Shown: positions 8,543 to 18,446, counted from the first letter of the stretch. The stretch is DNA of 60,878 nt from Candidatus Aerophobetes bacterium Ae_b3a (GCA_005223095.1 NJBQ01000004.1:1-60878), one strand, 5' to 3'. Made by a program: numbers and translations. Notes: generated by a model not told the origin, from the letters alone.

Positions 8543-10957
8543 CTATTCAGTTTGAGAAACCCTTTCTAAGACAGCCTGCTTATCTGTCTGACGGGCAAGA
8601 TCCTCACAAATTCTTTTGTATTCCTCATAATCTTCTGGCGTTACCAGAACTCTTTTATGAACTAAACTCTCTTCAAAAAAAATAATCCCTTGAGAAAAAC
8701 TATATTTGTTAAGATAGGTAAACCAGGGGGTATCTTTAATAACTGGTGGGGGGAGATATTTTATGGTAAGATTTTCCGGGAGTTTAATTTTAACCATTAC
8801 ATCAAACTCATCCAGGGTGCGAAAATCAATGGGATAGCTCCTTTTATCCCGGGAAACCAAACTGGTAGAAAATCCACCCAATTGAGGAACGAGCCTATCC
8901 TCTCCAGCCTCGCTTAAGAACTTTGGTCCCTCAAATTCCATCCCTATTTCTATCGGCTTGTTAAGGTCTTCTACATCACTTATTGTGTGGCTTAAAAGCT
9001 TTCCTCCTGGAGAGAAGTTGTTTACCGTCGATTTAAGGTATTCTTCAATCAGAACAGGCTTGGTATACTTTAACCAATATCTTTGTCCCTGATCGTATTC
9101 TCCCAAAGTATTAATCTTTCTTGTCCCTGAAATTGTTTCATCCTCACGGATATCGATTGTCATGCTTATGCAGGCTCTATTATGTTCAGGTTTAAATAAA
9201 GGAGTCTTTTCAATCTTTCCCTCCTTTTCATAAAAAACAAATACTTTTCTGTTTTGATCCCCTCCTGGAAGATCACCAAAAGAGGTAGTCTCAGCAGTAG
9301 GGTCAAGGAAAACTAATTCTTCTCCTACTTTAGCCAGACAAATGGCGTGATTAAAGGCGAGAGTAGGAAATTCTTCATCCAAGAGGTAGCTGCCTTTTGT
9401 TCCAATAAGAACGGGATAGGCAGAGATTCCTGCATATCCAAGCATCGAAATTAAGAGCATTACCTGATCTTTACAGTCTCCGTATTTATTCTTAAATATT
9501 TCGGTAGCATAGTGAGGCTCAAATCCGGCTTCTCCATATTCCACACCCACATACCTAATCTTCGAAGCAACCCAATGGTAGACTGCCCTGGCTTTCTCTT
9601 CTTGGGTATTCTTATCTTTAATCAACGCTTGAGTCTTTTCTTCAATTGCCTCATCAGTTTTTATCTTATCGATAGTAAGATTCCTCCACCAGTCATAAAG
9701 CTCTTGCCAGTCATCAAGAGAGGAAATAGATAGATAAGGAGTAATCTCTACATAAGGAGGCATGGAGGGCTCTGTTATGGTTTCCGGTACATTTCTGAAT
9801 TCCCAGCTATATTTAGTTCCGGCATCCAGCTTTTCTACCCGAGGAGAAAAGTCTAGTTCATACTCGAGATATCCTGGATTATATGATTTTATGTTAAAGT
9901 TATATCCCTGGGGAATGATCAAGCTGATTCTCTGGTTAAGATAGGGCTCCAATTTCTGAAGGGGATAATTCTCACAGAATTCTTTTCCCTTAATTAATTT
10001 ATTGATGTATTTCTTTGTCTTATATTCAATCACAGCTCCCTCAGTCAACTCAGGCATGGAGATAATCCTCAGGCGGGCATTGCTGTACAGAGGATACTCC
10101 GGATATTCAGAGATGTCTCTAGTATGCTTTGCCCCTACGGGAGCGATGGTGCCGTCTGGTTTAATGGTGCGGGCGTATTCTATCTCAATCTTCTGGTAAG
10201 TGGAATCATACCATAATTTTACCTCACCATATTTTTCCTTGCCTCGATCGTTCAGGATCTTCACCAGGAAGTGAAGTTCCTCTATCGCTGTGTAATCACT
10301 TAAAATTCTCAATGTTTTATCGTTCAGGAGGATAATTGCTCCGGCATTGGGATATTCAACCTGCCCGGGAGCACTTCTTATCAAGTTTCTAATATAGGGA
10401 TCGGCAATATCTTCAACCGTTAATACCCTGGTTTGAGCGCTGATATAAGTGACTCTTTCCTGGGCGAGTTCTCCGTATTCTATCCCTCTAATTCTCTCAT
10501 AAACCTCAATTGCCTGGCCAAAGAGATTTTGTCTCTCACAGGTCCGGCCGTAAACATACAAGAATTCCTCATTCTCTGAATCCTTGTTTTTCTCAAAGAT
10601 AACCAGGGCATCAGTATAATCACCATTCTTGTAGTAGGAAAAAGCCAGAAATTTGGCCAGGGCAAAATCTTCTCTTTCCCTCTCATAGAGAGGTAATAAC
10701 GTTTGAATAGCCTCTTTGAACTTGCCGTGTCGGTAGTAGAGTCTGCCCACAAAGAAGTTAATCTGAAACTTGTCAGCTTCCGGTTCTTTCAGGGCTAGAT
10801 TATACTCAGACACAGCTTTTTCAAAAAACTGCTCACTTTGAGCTGCATACTCATTGGCTAACTCAAGATGAGTCTTCGCCCTAACCAACAAGTCCGAGGC
10901 CAAGAAAAATGTTACGGCTAAAAAGATACATCCCCAGACCTTGATCCTTTTTCTCAT
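8543..10957 (-). CDS. TPR + DUF3857 + transglutaminase-like + DUF3858 exported protein
   Basis: signal peptide, TPR-like helices, YGDCKD, FNHAI, FLDPT triad motifs. Confidence 0.9.
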   Translation of the reverse strand: MRKRIKVWGCIFLAVTFFLASDLLVRAKTHLELANEYAAQSEQFFEKAVSEYNLALKEPEADKFQINFFVGRLYYRHGKFKEAIQTLLPLYEREREDFALAKFLAFSYYKNGDYTDALVIFEKNKDSENEEFLYVYGRTCERQNLFGQAIEVYERIRGIEYGELAQERVTYISAQTRVLTVEDIADPYIRNLIRSAPGQVEYPNAGAIILLNDKTLRILSDYTAIEELHFLVKILNDRGKEKYGEVKLWYDSTYQKIEIEYARTIKPDGTIAPVGAKHTRDISEYPEYPLYSNARLRIISMPELTEGAVIEYKTKKYINKLIKGKEFCENYPLQKLEPYLNQRISLIIPQGYNFNIKSYNPGYLEYELDFSPRVEKLDAGTKYSWEFRNVPETITEPSMPPYVEITPYLSISSLDDWQELYDWWRNLTIDKIKTDEAIEEKTQALIKDKNTQEEKARAVYHWVASKIRYVGVEYGEAGFEPHYATEIFKNKYGDCKDQVMLLISMLGYAGISAYPVLIGTKGSYLLDEEFPTLAFNHAICLAKVGEELVFLDPTAETTSFGDLPGGDQNRKVFVFYEKEGKIEKTPLFKPEHNRACISMTIDIREDETISGTRKINTLGEYDQGQRYWLKYTKPVLIEEYLKSTVNNFSPGGKLLSHTISDVEDLNKPIEIGMEFEGPKFLSEAGEDRLVPQLGGFSTSLVSRDKRSYPIDFRTLDEFDVMVKIKLPENLTIKYLPPPVIKDTPWFTYLNKYSFSQGIIFFEESLVHKRVLVTPEDYEEYKRICEDLARQTDKQAVLERVSQTE

Positions 10958-10975
10958 AAACGCCCTCCAACGCCC

Positions 10976-11542
10976 CTAAGGGCGAACAAACCTGGCAAAA
11001 TCCTCAGTTGTTGTGGCAATCGCTCTCTTTCTTATCTCATCTAAATTCTGAGTAATCCTCTCAATATCCCCTTTCCTCAGCTTTGCTAGAAAATCAATGA
11101 ACTGACCTTGGGCCACTCGGAATGTACATCGTTCAAAAACAGTTTGGACATGTTCTCCTCTCACATAGACTCTTTTTCTTCGTCCAGCCATGTGAGACTG
11201 GACGGTATAAGGGCCACTGTCCAAGTACTTTTTGACGTATTCCTTCACCTCTTCTTTGTTGAGGTTGTGGCTTCTTGCAAATTCCTGGCTGTACATAATA
11301 TGTGGTTTGGGGTAAATACTGCCAATAATCCTCACTACATCATCTTTGATTATTGCGCTTAGGTAAGTACCTTGACAATCCCCGGGACATATCTGAACCT
11401 GGGGGAACTCTCTTTTTTCCGGGCAGTCACCTTTTCTTAAAAGTAACTCCACATAAAATGAATCAGTGTCCTTGAAATGAAAAGCCTTAACTTCCCTTCC
11501 ATCGATTTGCATCTTAAAGGATGAGGATAGACATGAACTCAT
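10976..11542 (-). CDS. hypothetical protein
   Basis: 188-aa ORF co-oriented between neighbours; no recognised motif. Confidence 0.55.
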   Translation of the reverse strand: MSSCLSSSFKMQIDGREVKAFHFKDTDSFYVELLLRKGDCPEKREFPQVQICPGDCQGTYLSAIIKDDVVRIIGSIYPKPHIMYSQEFARSHNLNKEEVKEYVKKYLDSGPYTVQSHMAGRRKRVYVRGEHVQTVFERCTFRVAQGQFIDFLAKLRKGDIERITQNLDEIRKRAIATTTEDFARFVRP

Positions 11543-11631
11543 ATTGAACTGTTGAGTTTGCTAACTAGCTGCATCTTGTCAGCCTCTATGAATGCAGCTT
11601 AACAAACATTTTCTTGTGCTTTGCCTGGATT

Positions 11632-12111
11632 CTACCTCTTGACTATTCTGAGGGTTGAGATACGGGCATTTTGCTTAATATCTATCCCCTGGCATCCGAC
11701 ATTCAAAGGAACAAGAGAAAGCTCCTCTTTGGGTGTCACTATTTGAACAGGATGAGAACAACAATTGTGCAAAAGCTCTTCCCTGGGCTGGAGGATAGCT
11801 ATCTCTTTCTCTCTCAAATTTATCTGTTCGTTAAATTCAATAAGGTGTGTGCCCTGACTAAGACTCCACCATCCATACTTATCTTCCGGAAGCCTCTTTT
11901 TAGGAAGTAGAGGTTTTCTTTCTGCCAGGTTAAGTTCTTTCCCGCCAAAATCCAAACTGCCTTTCTTATCCAAAAAGTAGATCTGTTTTACGGTAAGATA
12001 GACCTTATCTTCTCCTGTCTGTGTATCTTTATCAATTAAGTTTCGGATTCTATCAACAACTTCAAATCCTGGAATGAAAGAAACACTCATTGTGAGTCTC
12101 CCTGTAAACAT
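11632..12111 (-). CDS. dCTP deaminase/dUTPase-fold protein (divergent; start probably 12090)
   Basis: LTVKQIY, GSLDFGG, WWSLSQGTHLIEFNE, NARISTL; canonical RSS replaced by REE. Confidence 0.65.
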   Translation of the reverse strand: MFTGRLTMSVSFIPGFEVVDRIRNLIDKDTQTGEDKVYLTVKQIYFLDKKGSLDFGGKELNLAERKPLLPKKRLPEDKYGWWSLSQGTHLIEFNEQINLREKEIAILQPREELLHNCCSHPVQIVTPKEELSLVPLNVGCQGIDIKQNARISTLRIVKR

Positions 12112-12250
12112 CCACCCGTAACAGCTATGCCTAGTGGAGCCGAAACAATTACGGCCTAGTTGCCCGGAGGAGAAAGGTTGTGCGAACCCATTCTATATTA
12201 GCGGAAAAATGGTCCAGGTCAAGGAGGCGATTCTCTTGGCTATAATGATA

Positions 12251-12490
12251 CTGCACTCCCTTGGAGATACAGAAGCATCTAAATAAAGTTTCCGGACCCC
12301 TGTTGGACAGAATTGACATTCATATTCAGGTAGCAGCAGTAAGAAAGAAATAGCTTTTGGGAAAGGGAGCGGGTTTTAAGATCTCCCGTGCCATTGCCGA
12401 CCTGGGAGAAAAGGAAACAATAAACTCATGTGATGTCTCCCAGGCTCTGCAATACAGGTACCTGGATAGAGACCTCTGGAGGAGATTAGG
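12251..12490 (+). pseudogene. comM: comM 3' remnant with internal deletion
   Basis: 12251-12369 is near-identical to 14698-14816 and is fused to 12372-12490, which matches 15021-15139; in-frame TAG present. Confidence 0.95.
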
Positions 12491-12545
12491 CCAGTGATGG
12501 ACTTTTTATTCAAACTCTGTTTTGTGTCCGCTGTTTAAAGTGTTC

Positions 12546-13163
12546 TTAAAATTTTATCTTGCTGACTTCTCCTTCAAAAAATTTTTCTATATCTGGCATA
12601 ATCACTCTTTCTTTTGAAAATTCAATTTCAATCTCTTCAACGTCCTTCAAATAAATTAACTGTTCTAAGAATAGCCTGGGGTCAAATTCGCTACCATATT
12701 TTTTCTCAGAAAAAGCAATAATTTTTTCTAAGGAATTAGCTTTTTCTTTTAGAACAAAATATAAATCAATATAATCCTTTAAGGTGGCTCTTCTTCGTAA
12801 AGTGTAAGCCTTCATTGCTGCAATCTCTAAGGGAGGTACAATTTTGATTCCCTGATGCTCAACGAACTTTGAAATTACTGGGAAAGGATATTTAACAAAA
12901 GAGGTATTTATTCCTTCTATTGTTGTAGTTAATTGTTCTGGGTGATTAACTACCACTTTAATTCCGAAATCCTTATAGACTCTTCTCACTTTTGAGAGCA
13001 GGTCATTAGGGATATTCTTTGGCCAAAAAAGATCAAAATCAACTGAAATTCTGTGACCCAATTGCAGAGCCAGCCCTGTTCCTCCTGCTAAATAAAAATC
13101 AGGAAAGTGACTGAGTCTATCAAATATTTGTTTGGCTTTTGAGGTAATCACTTCTTGATGCAT
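12546..13163 (-). CDS. AbiEii/AbiGii-family nucleotidyltransferase toxin
   Basis: FYLAGGTGLALQLGHRISVDFDLF, IAAMK, KDYIDLY. Confidence 0.9.
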   Translation of the reverse strand: MHQEVITSKAKQIFDRLSHFPDFYLAGGTGLALQLGHRISVDFDLFWPKNIPNDLLSKVRRVYKDFGIKVVVNHPEQLTTTIEGINTSFVKYPFPVISKFVEHQGIKIVPPLEIAAMKAYTLRRRATLKDYIDLYFVLKEKANSLEKIIAFSEKKYGSEFDPRLFLEQLIYLKDVEEIEIEFSKERVIMPDIEKFFEGEVSKIKF

Positions 13164-13440
13164 ATTTTAGCTTTTCGATGCCCAGCAAAAGGGAGATAAG
13201 TTTAAGGGCAGGAGTTCTAAACTCTGTCTTTGGTGTTTCTTCAATCATTTTTTTTACCTCTTTTTCCCCATAGAACTTAACTATCCAAATCCAATGTTTC
13301 CATTCTCCATAATTAATGGAATTAACAATAATGGTTTTTTTGTGTCTTTGAGGGTCCAGGGAAGAAAAATCATAGGACCAAAACAGAGGCTTGAAAAATA
13401 GAGGAAGATTTGGATTTTTGCTTCTTGTTTTCATAGTCAA
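13120..13440 (-). CDS. DUF6922-like putative antitoxin
   Basis: LFWSYD...LD...HKKTII...INYG; overlaps the toxin start. Confidence 0.7.
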   Translation of the reverse strand: MTMKTRSKNPNLPLFFKPLFWSYDFSSLDPQRHKKTIIVNSINYGEWKHWIWIVKFYGEKEVKKMIEETPKTEFRTPALKLISLLLGIEKLKYASRSDYLKSQTNI

Positions 13441-13502
13441 ATTATATCATTTTTCTCAGTTTTAGCAATAGAAATTGACTGCTTCTTAATTTTTTGCTAT
13501 GA
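13439..13502. promoter_or_regulatory. back-to-back sigma70 promoters (TA operon and comM)
   Basis: + strand TTGACT-17-TATGAT from 13476; - strand TTGCTA...TATAAT at 13441-13468. Confidence 0.7.
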
Positions 13503-13603
13503 TTTTCTTTGAGGGAAAAGCGGGTAAAAGACAACTGGACAAATACTCCAGATTTAGCTTGCAGCTTAGGAATCAGCCAAGTATCTATCCAAAGGAGAAA
13601 AAA

Positions 13604-15139
13604 ATAGTAGCTAAAGTCTATTCCAGTGCTCTTTTCGGAATCGAGGCATATCCAGTAGAAGTAGAGGTTGACCTGGCTAGAGGACTTCCCAAATTCAGTA
13701 TTGTTGGCCTTCCTGATGTAGCAGTAAAAGAAGCAAGAGAAAGAGTAAGCTCTGCCATCAAGAATTCATCCTTTACCTTCCCCACTAAAAAGATTACCGT
13801 AAATCTGGCCCCCGCTGACATCAAAAAAGAAGGTTCTTCCTTTGACTTATCCATAGCTATCGGCATTCTAAAAGCCAGTAATATTATTGCAGAAGATGAG
13901 TTGAGCCGCTATAGCGTTCTGGGAGAGTTAGCTTTAGATGGTTCGGTGCGCAGAATTAATGGTGCCTTGCCCATAGCGCTAGAGCTTAAAAGAAGAGGTG
14001 TGAAGGCTCTCATTCTTCCTGAGGAGAATGCCCGTGAGGCAGCTGTAGTATCTGATGTTGATGTTTTTCCTATTAAGAACCTTATCCAAGTAATTGCTTT
14101 TCTTAACCAAGAACTCTCTATTCCTCCTTTTAAATATAATCTAAAAGAAGCACTTGAAGAGAGTTCTTCCTATGAGATGGACTTCTTTGAGGTTAAAGGT
14201 CAGGAGTATGTAAAAAGAGCCCTAGAGATTGCGGCGGCTGGCTCGCACAATATCTTGATGCTCGGTCCTCCTGGGGCAGGGAAGACCATGCTGGCTCGCC
14301 GAGTTCCCACTATCTTGCCTGACCTTAGCCTGGATGAGGCTATCGAAACTACTAAACTTCACAGTGTGGCGGGATTTCTCTCGGGTAGTCAGGCTCTTGT
14401 TGGCATTCGTCCCTTCCGCTCCCCTCATCATACTATCTCTGAGGCAGGACTTATTGGAGGGGGAAGAATACCTCGTCCGGGTGAGGTGTCCCTTTCTCAT
14501 AACGGAGTTCTCTTTCTAGATGAGCTTTCTGAGTTCTCTCGCCATGTATTGGAATCTTTACGCCAGCCTCTGGAAGATGGAGTAGTGACTATTTCTCGTG
14601 CTCTTACCTCTATAACCTATCCTTCCAGATTTATGCTTATAGCAGCTATGAATCCTTGTCCTTGTGGCTACTTTGGTGACCCGAGGCGGGAATGTAGCTG
14701 CACTCCTTTGGAGATACAGAAGCATCTAAACAAAGTTTCCGGACCCCTGTTGGACAGAATTGACATCCATATTCAGGTAGCAGCAGTAAGAAAGGAAGAG
14801 CTCCTGGGAAAGGGAGAGGGTGAGCCCTCGGCTAGAATCAAGGAGAGGGTAAACAAGGCTCGCAATATCCAGCTTGAGCGCTTCAAAAAGATGAACCTAT
14901 ACTGTAACGCCCGGATGAACCCTAAACATATTCGCAAATTTTGCCGCAGCGATAAAGAAGCAGAGGAGCTTCTTCGTTCTGCCATCTCTGAGCTTCGTCT
15001 TTCTGCCAGAGCCTACCACAAGGTTCTTAAAATCGCCCGCACCATTGCCGACCTGGGAGAAAAGGAAACAATAAACTCATCTGATGTCTCCGAGGCTCTG
15101 CAATACAGGTATCTGGATAGAGACCTCTGGAGGAGATAA
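13604..15139 (+). CDS. comM: ComM/YifB Mg-chelatase-like AAA+ ATPase (probable ATA start at 13604)
   Basis: [55 protein letters not shown]; AAGGAG 6 nt upstream of ATA. Confidence 0.95.
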   Translation: MVAKVYSSALFGIEAYPVEVEVDLARGLPKFSIVGLPDVAVKEARERVSSAIKNSSFTFPTKKITVNLAPADIKKEGSSFDLSIAIGILKASNIIAEDELSRYSVLGELALDGSVRRINGALPIALELKRRGVKALILPEENAREAAVVSDVDVFPIKNLIQVIAFLNQELSIPPFKYNLKEALEESSSYEMDFFEVKGQEYVKRALEIAAAGSHNILMLGPPGAGKTMLARRVPTILPDLSLDEAIETTKLHSVAGFLSGSQALVGIRPFRSPHHTISEAGLIGGGRIPRPGEVSLSHNGVLFLDELSEFSRHVLESLRQPLEDGVVTISRALTSITYPSRFMLIAAMNPCPCGYFGDPRRECSCTPLEIQKHLNKVSGPLLDRIDIHIQVAAVRKEELLGKGEGEPSARIKERVNKARNIQLERFKKMNLYCNARMNPKHIRKFCRSDKEAEELLRSAISELRLSARAYHKVLKIARTIADLGEKETINSSDVSEALQYRYLDRDLWRR

Positions 15140-15241
15140 AAGAAAAGAAAACGGTTTGGAAATCCATAGATATCCAGGCTGATTGATTTTAAACAAGAGA
15201 AATCTGGCAGACAAAAGAATTCAGTAAAGGAAGAGCTGGAG

Positions 15242-16510
15242 ATGAAAATTGAGCTGGTGAGAGTTACTCATAAGAGGACCCGACCCTGGCAAGTATTTCT
15301 GCGAACTTTGACTCTACCAATTCTGGCTGCTCTGACTCCTTCCAACATTGAGGTTAGAATAACCGATGAGAGGACAGAGTCGATAGATTACGAAAGTAAC
15401 GCTGACCTTATCGGTCTCACCTATTTCACCGCTGATGCACAGAGAGCCTATAAAACTGCTGATGAGTTCAGAAAAAGAGGTAAATTCGTGGTAATGGGAG
15501 GCCCCCATGCTTCCATGCTTCCTGAGGAAGCTATTTGTCATGCAGACAGCGTAGTCATCGGGGAAGCAGAGCTGGTTTGGAGGGATTTACTTGGTGATTT
15601 TCAAAAAGGGTCAGCAGGGAAACTCTATCAATCAAAAACTCCGGTAAAGATGGAAAACTTTCCTCTTCCTCGAAGGAATCTAGTGAAACACAGAGGATTC
15701 ACCACGGCCGAGATGGTCGAGACCAGTCGAGGCTGCCCCTTTAGCTGCGATTTTTGTTATATGCCTACTCTTTTCGGTAGGGGCTATCGTTTAAGACCGG
15801 TTGAAGATGTAATAAGAGAAATAAAAACTTTAAAAAAACGTCACTTCTCTTTTACTGACGATAACCTGGTGGGAAACCCAGACCGTGCCAAAGACTTATT
15901 CAGGAAGTTAATTCCTCTACGAAAAAAGTGGTTTGGCAATTTCTCTTTGGCCAGAGTCAATGATACTGAGCTCCTAAAGCTGGCTGCTCAAGGTGGATGC
16001 ATAAGGATGGCCTTGGGATTTGAGTCCGTGTCCCAGAAAAGCTTGGACGGAGTAAACAAAAACTTCAATAAAGTGAAGAGATACGAAGAAATTGTCAAGA
16101 AGATACACGGTCACGGGATTGCCATACTGGCATACTTTATGTTTGGATTCGATGAAGATGATGTCTCTATTTTTCCTCGAACAGTAGAGTTTATTGAGAA
16201 AAATTCAATCGACCGACCCATATTTTTTATTCTTACTCCTGCTCCCAAGACCAGACTCTACCAAAGACTTCTCCTCGAGGGAAGAATTATTGAAACCGAT
16301 TGGTCTCACGCAGATGGGACTCATGTAATGTTTCGTCCCAAGCTGATGACGGCAGACGAGCTGCAGGAAGGCTATAGATGGGTGACAGATCAGGTTTACT
16401 CTCTTTCTTCCATTACCAGGCGATGCCTTAAATCCTTTGAATACACCAATCCTATTTACAGCTTTGCTTTGAACATTGCCGGCAAATTGGACGCACACAG
16501 AAAAGGCTAA
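15242..16510 (+). CDS. B12-binding radical SAM protein
   Basis: VMGGPHAS, VIGEAE, SRGCPFSCDFC. Confidence 0.9.
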   Translation: MKIELVRVTHKRTRPWQVFLRTLTLPILAALTPSNIEVRITDERTESIDYESNADLIGLTYFTADAQRAYKTADEFRKRGKFVVMGGPHASMLPEEAICHADSVVIGEAELVWRDLLGDFQKGSAGKLYQSKTPVKMENFPLPRRNLVKHRGFTTAEMVETSRGCPFSCDFCYMPTLFGRGYRLRPVEDVIREIKTLKKRHFSFTDDNLVGNPDRAKDLFRKLIPLRKKWFGNFSLARVNDTELLKLAAQGGCIRMALGFESVSQKSLDGVNKNFNKVKRYEEIVKKIHGHGIAILAYFMFGFDEDDVSIFPRTVEFIEKNSIDRPIFFILTPAPKTRLYQRLLLEGRIIETDWSHADGTHVMFRPKLMTADELQEGYRWVTDQVYSLSSITRRCLKSFEYTNPIYSFALNIAGKLDAHRKG

Positions 16511-16574
16511 TCATTACCGATTCCGGCAAGAAGAAGGTAAGACCACGATTTTGACTTCATCAGAATTTTCACAA

Positions 16575-17462
16575 CTAGCTAGACTTCTTTTTTTTGGCTA
16601 CTTTGGACTCTCCCAAAACCCAATGGTCTGGATAGTAGTACAGATAATCGCGGACCACTGCCATGAATTTTTCAGCTGCCTTCTGTATGCTACGTTCTTG
16701 CGGAAGGCCTTTTTCAACTTCAATAGGGGTTTCAATAATTCCCCTTTGGTTTGCTTTCTGGCGTCTACTCCTAACGTCGAAAGCAGGAGCAATCAGTGCC
16801 TCCGTGTGTCGTGCCAGTTTGAAAGGCCCGGCTGGAATGGTAATTACCTGGCCAAAGAAGTTTACTTCTATTCCTTCCTTGATATTCTCATCGGCCAGAA
16901 TTGCCAGGACCTCATTTCTTTTGAGGGACTCTATTACTTTTTTCAATTGACCGAGAAAGAGAACCCTTACTCCCTTTTTTCTTCTTATTCGATAGAAAAG
17001 CTCGTTTGTCCATCGGTTTTGATGTTTTCGCACCAGAAAATTCACCGGATATCCACACAAAGATATAGCCATGCCTGCCCATTCCCAGTTCCCAAAATGG
17101 ATGGACAAAAGAATGACCCCTTTCTTTCTGGAAAGAGCGTAATCAAGATTTTCTAGCCCCACTGGAACAAGTAGTCGAAGAAGGTCTTGCTTTTTGAGTC
17201 GTGGCAGCGAGAAAAACTCTCGCAGGTATCTGGCGAAGTTGTGATAGGAACGACGGGCCATCTTTCGCACCTGTCTGCTCTGCCTGGCCTCTCCCAAGAC
17301 CATTGATAGATTGTGAAGGATAGCCTTCTTATATAATTTACCTTTGCCACTGGGGAAGAAGAAATTAAAGTCGGCTATCCTTTCAGTGATCCAACAAGCC
17401 ATTAAGGAAGGAAGATAGCAGGAAAAGAAGATCGCCACTTTGTACAGGCAGCAAGTCCACAT
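16575..17462 (-). CDS. lysophospholipid acyltransferase (LpxL/PatA-like)
   Basis: HFGNWE, ILADE, FFG, YPDHW motifs. Confidence 0.85.
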   Translation of the reverse strand: MWTCCLYKVAIFFSCYLPSLMACWITERIADFNFFFPSGKGKLYKKAILHNLSMVLGEARQSRQVRKMARRSYHNFARYLREFFSLPRLKKQDLLRLLVPVGLENLDYALSRKKGVILLSIHFGNWEWAGMAISLCGYPVNFLVRKHQNRWTNELFYRIRRKKGVRVLFLGQLKKVIESLKRNEVLAILADENIKEGIEVNFFGQVITIPAGPFKLARHTEALIAPAFDVRSRRQKANQRGIIETPIEVEKGLPQERSIQKAAEKFMAVVRDYLYYYPDHWVLGESKVAKKKKSS

Positions 17463-17620
17463 ATTCTTAATTCCTCTCAGTCTTGAGATTCTTTCTAGTT
17501 TTCACTAAACTTACCAGACCCTGGCTCTCGGTCAAGAGAACTCCGGCAACTTGGGAGATTCTGGGAGATGGCTTTCTAGGTAACACAGAGAAATGACCGG
17601 GAAAGCGCCTCTCCAGACGA

Positions 17621-17649
17621 TTGACAAGTACTGAGATTTGGATTAGGTT
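17621..17649 (+). promoter_or_regulatory. sigma70 promoter, array copy 1
   Basis: TTGACA-agtactgagatttggat-TAGGTT. Confidence 0.55.
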
Positions 17650-17690
17650 GTAGGGAATGTTAGCAGGAAGCTTTGCACTAAGGAGAGACA

Positions 17691-18335
17691 ATGAAAATTA
17701 AGAGTAAAGAACTATTGGCTGTTTTTTTATTGGGTGTAGGTTTTTGTTTTTCTCCCACTCTTTGTGTAGGGAAAGGTGTAGGCGTAAGTACTCCTTTCGG
17801 TGAGATACTGCTACAGGAAGATTTCGAGGATGGAATTGCTCAAGGATTTGGAAATGAGATAGGCGACTGGAAGGTAATAGATGGCAAATATACTGCCAGA
17901 AGAGGAATCTTCAGGTTTTCCTCTATCTGTGATTTGGATTGGGCTGACTATAGTCTGGAGGCTGATTTCATCATGGCAAAAGATGGCGGTTTCTTAGTTA
18001 GAGCAAAGAATGATGACAATGGTATTATCTTGGTAGTTCGCCCTTCTCGTAATGATATCTATTGGGCTGAGATTTGTTGGACAGAAGGAAAAACAGGGGG
18101 CTGGGGAGCCGTAAGACATGAAGTAAGAGCACTGGGCTATAAGCCTGGCCAAGATCTGCATGTAAAGGTTGAAGTAATAGATGATGAGTTCAAGGCATAT
18201 GTGAACGGAGAGATAAAGACTGTCTTCAAATCTGCAGAATTTCCAGAGCCCAAAGTTGCCTTATATCTTTACCATCAATCAGGTCAGTATTGGGATAATG
18301 TGGTAGTACGTAATCTTACCAATAAATCTCGATAA
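17691..18335 (+). CDS. secreted ConA/DUF1080-like beta-sandwich protein
   Basis: signal peptide, EDFEDG, W.VIDG, DYSLEADF, YWDNVVV. Confidence 0.65.
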   Translation: MKIKSKELLAVFLLGVGFCFSPTLCVGKGVGVSTPFGEILLQEDFEDGIAQGFGNEIGDWKVIDGKYTARRGIFRFSSICDLDWADYSLEADFIMAKDGGFLVRAKNDDNGIILVVRPSRNDIYWAEICWTEGKTGGWGAVRHEVRALGYKPGQDLHVKVEVIDDEFKAYVNGEIKTVFKSAEFPEPKVALYLYHQSGQYWDNVVVRNLTNKSR

Positions 18336-18378
18336 ATACGGGAGTACGTTTTCAAAGAGGTAAAACTTAGTGAACCAC

Positions 18379-18406
18379 GTCATTGCCAACGGAGTGAAGC
18401 AATCTC
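18379..18406. repeat. GTCATTGC...GAAGCAATCTC palindromic repeat
   Basis: second copy at 59532-59565. Confidence 0.65.
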
Positions 18407-18417
18407 GCCCTAATAGG

Positions 18418-18446
18418 TTGACAAGCATGGAGATTTATTTTAGTCT
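18418..18446 (+). promoter_or_regulatory. sigma70 promoter, array copy 2
   Basis: TTGACA-agcatggagatttattt-TAGTCT. Confidence 0.65.

Noticed and set aside
12160-12240. additional minus-strand comM scraps (GSHN..PPG-like)
   Set aside because: Match is too short and gapped; better explained as promoter and leader of the dcd-like gene
13499-13603. 35-aa N-terminal extension of ComM in the ORF track
   Set aside because: The ATG lies within the -10 box and the extension consists of HAD-gene remnants; the RBS points to 13604
16476-17156. 226-aa plus-strand ORF
   Set aside because: Antisense shadow of the acyltransferase with no motifs; the same applies to most short overlapping ORFs in the track
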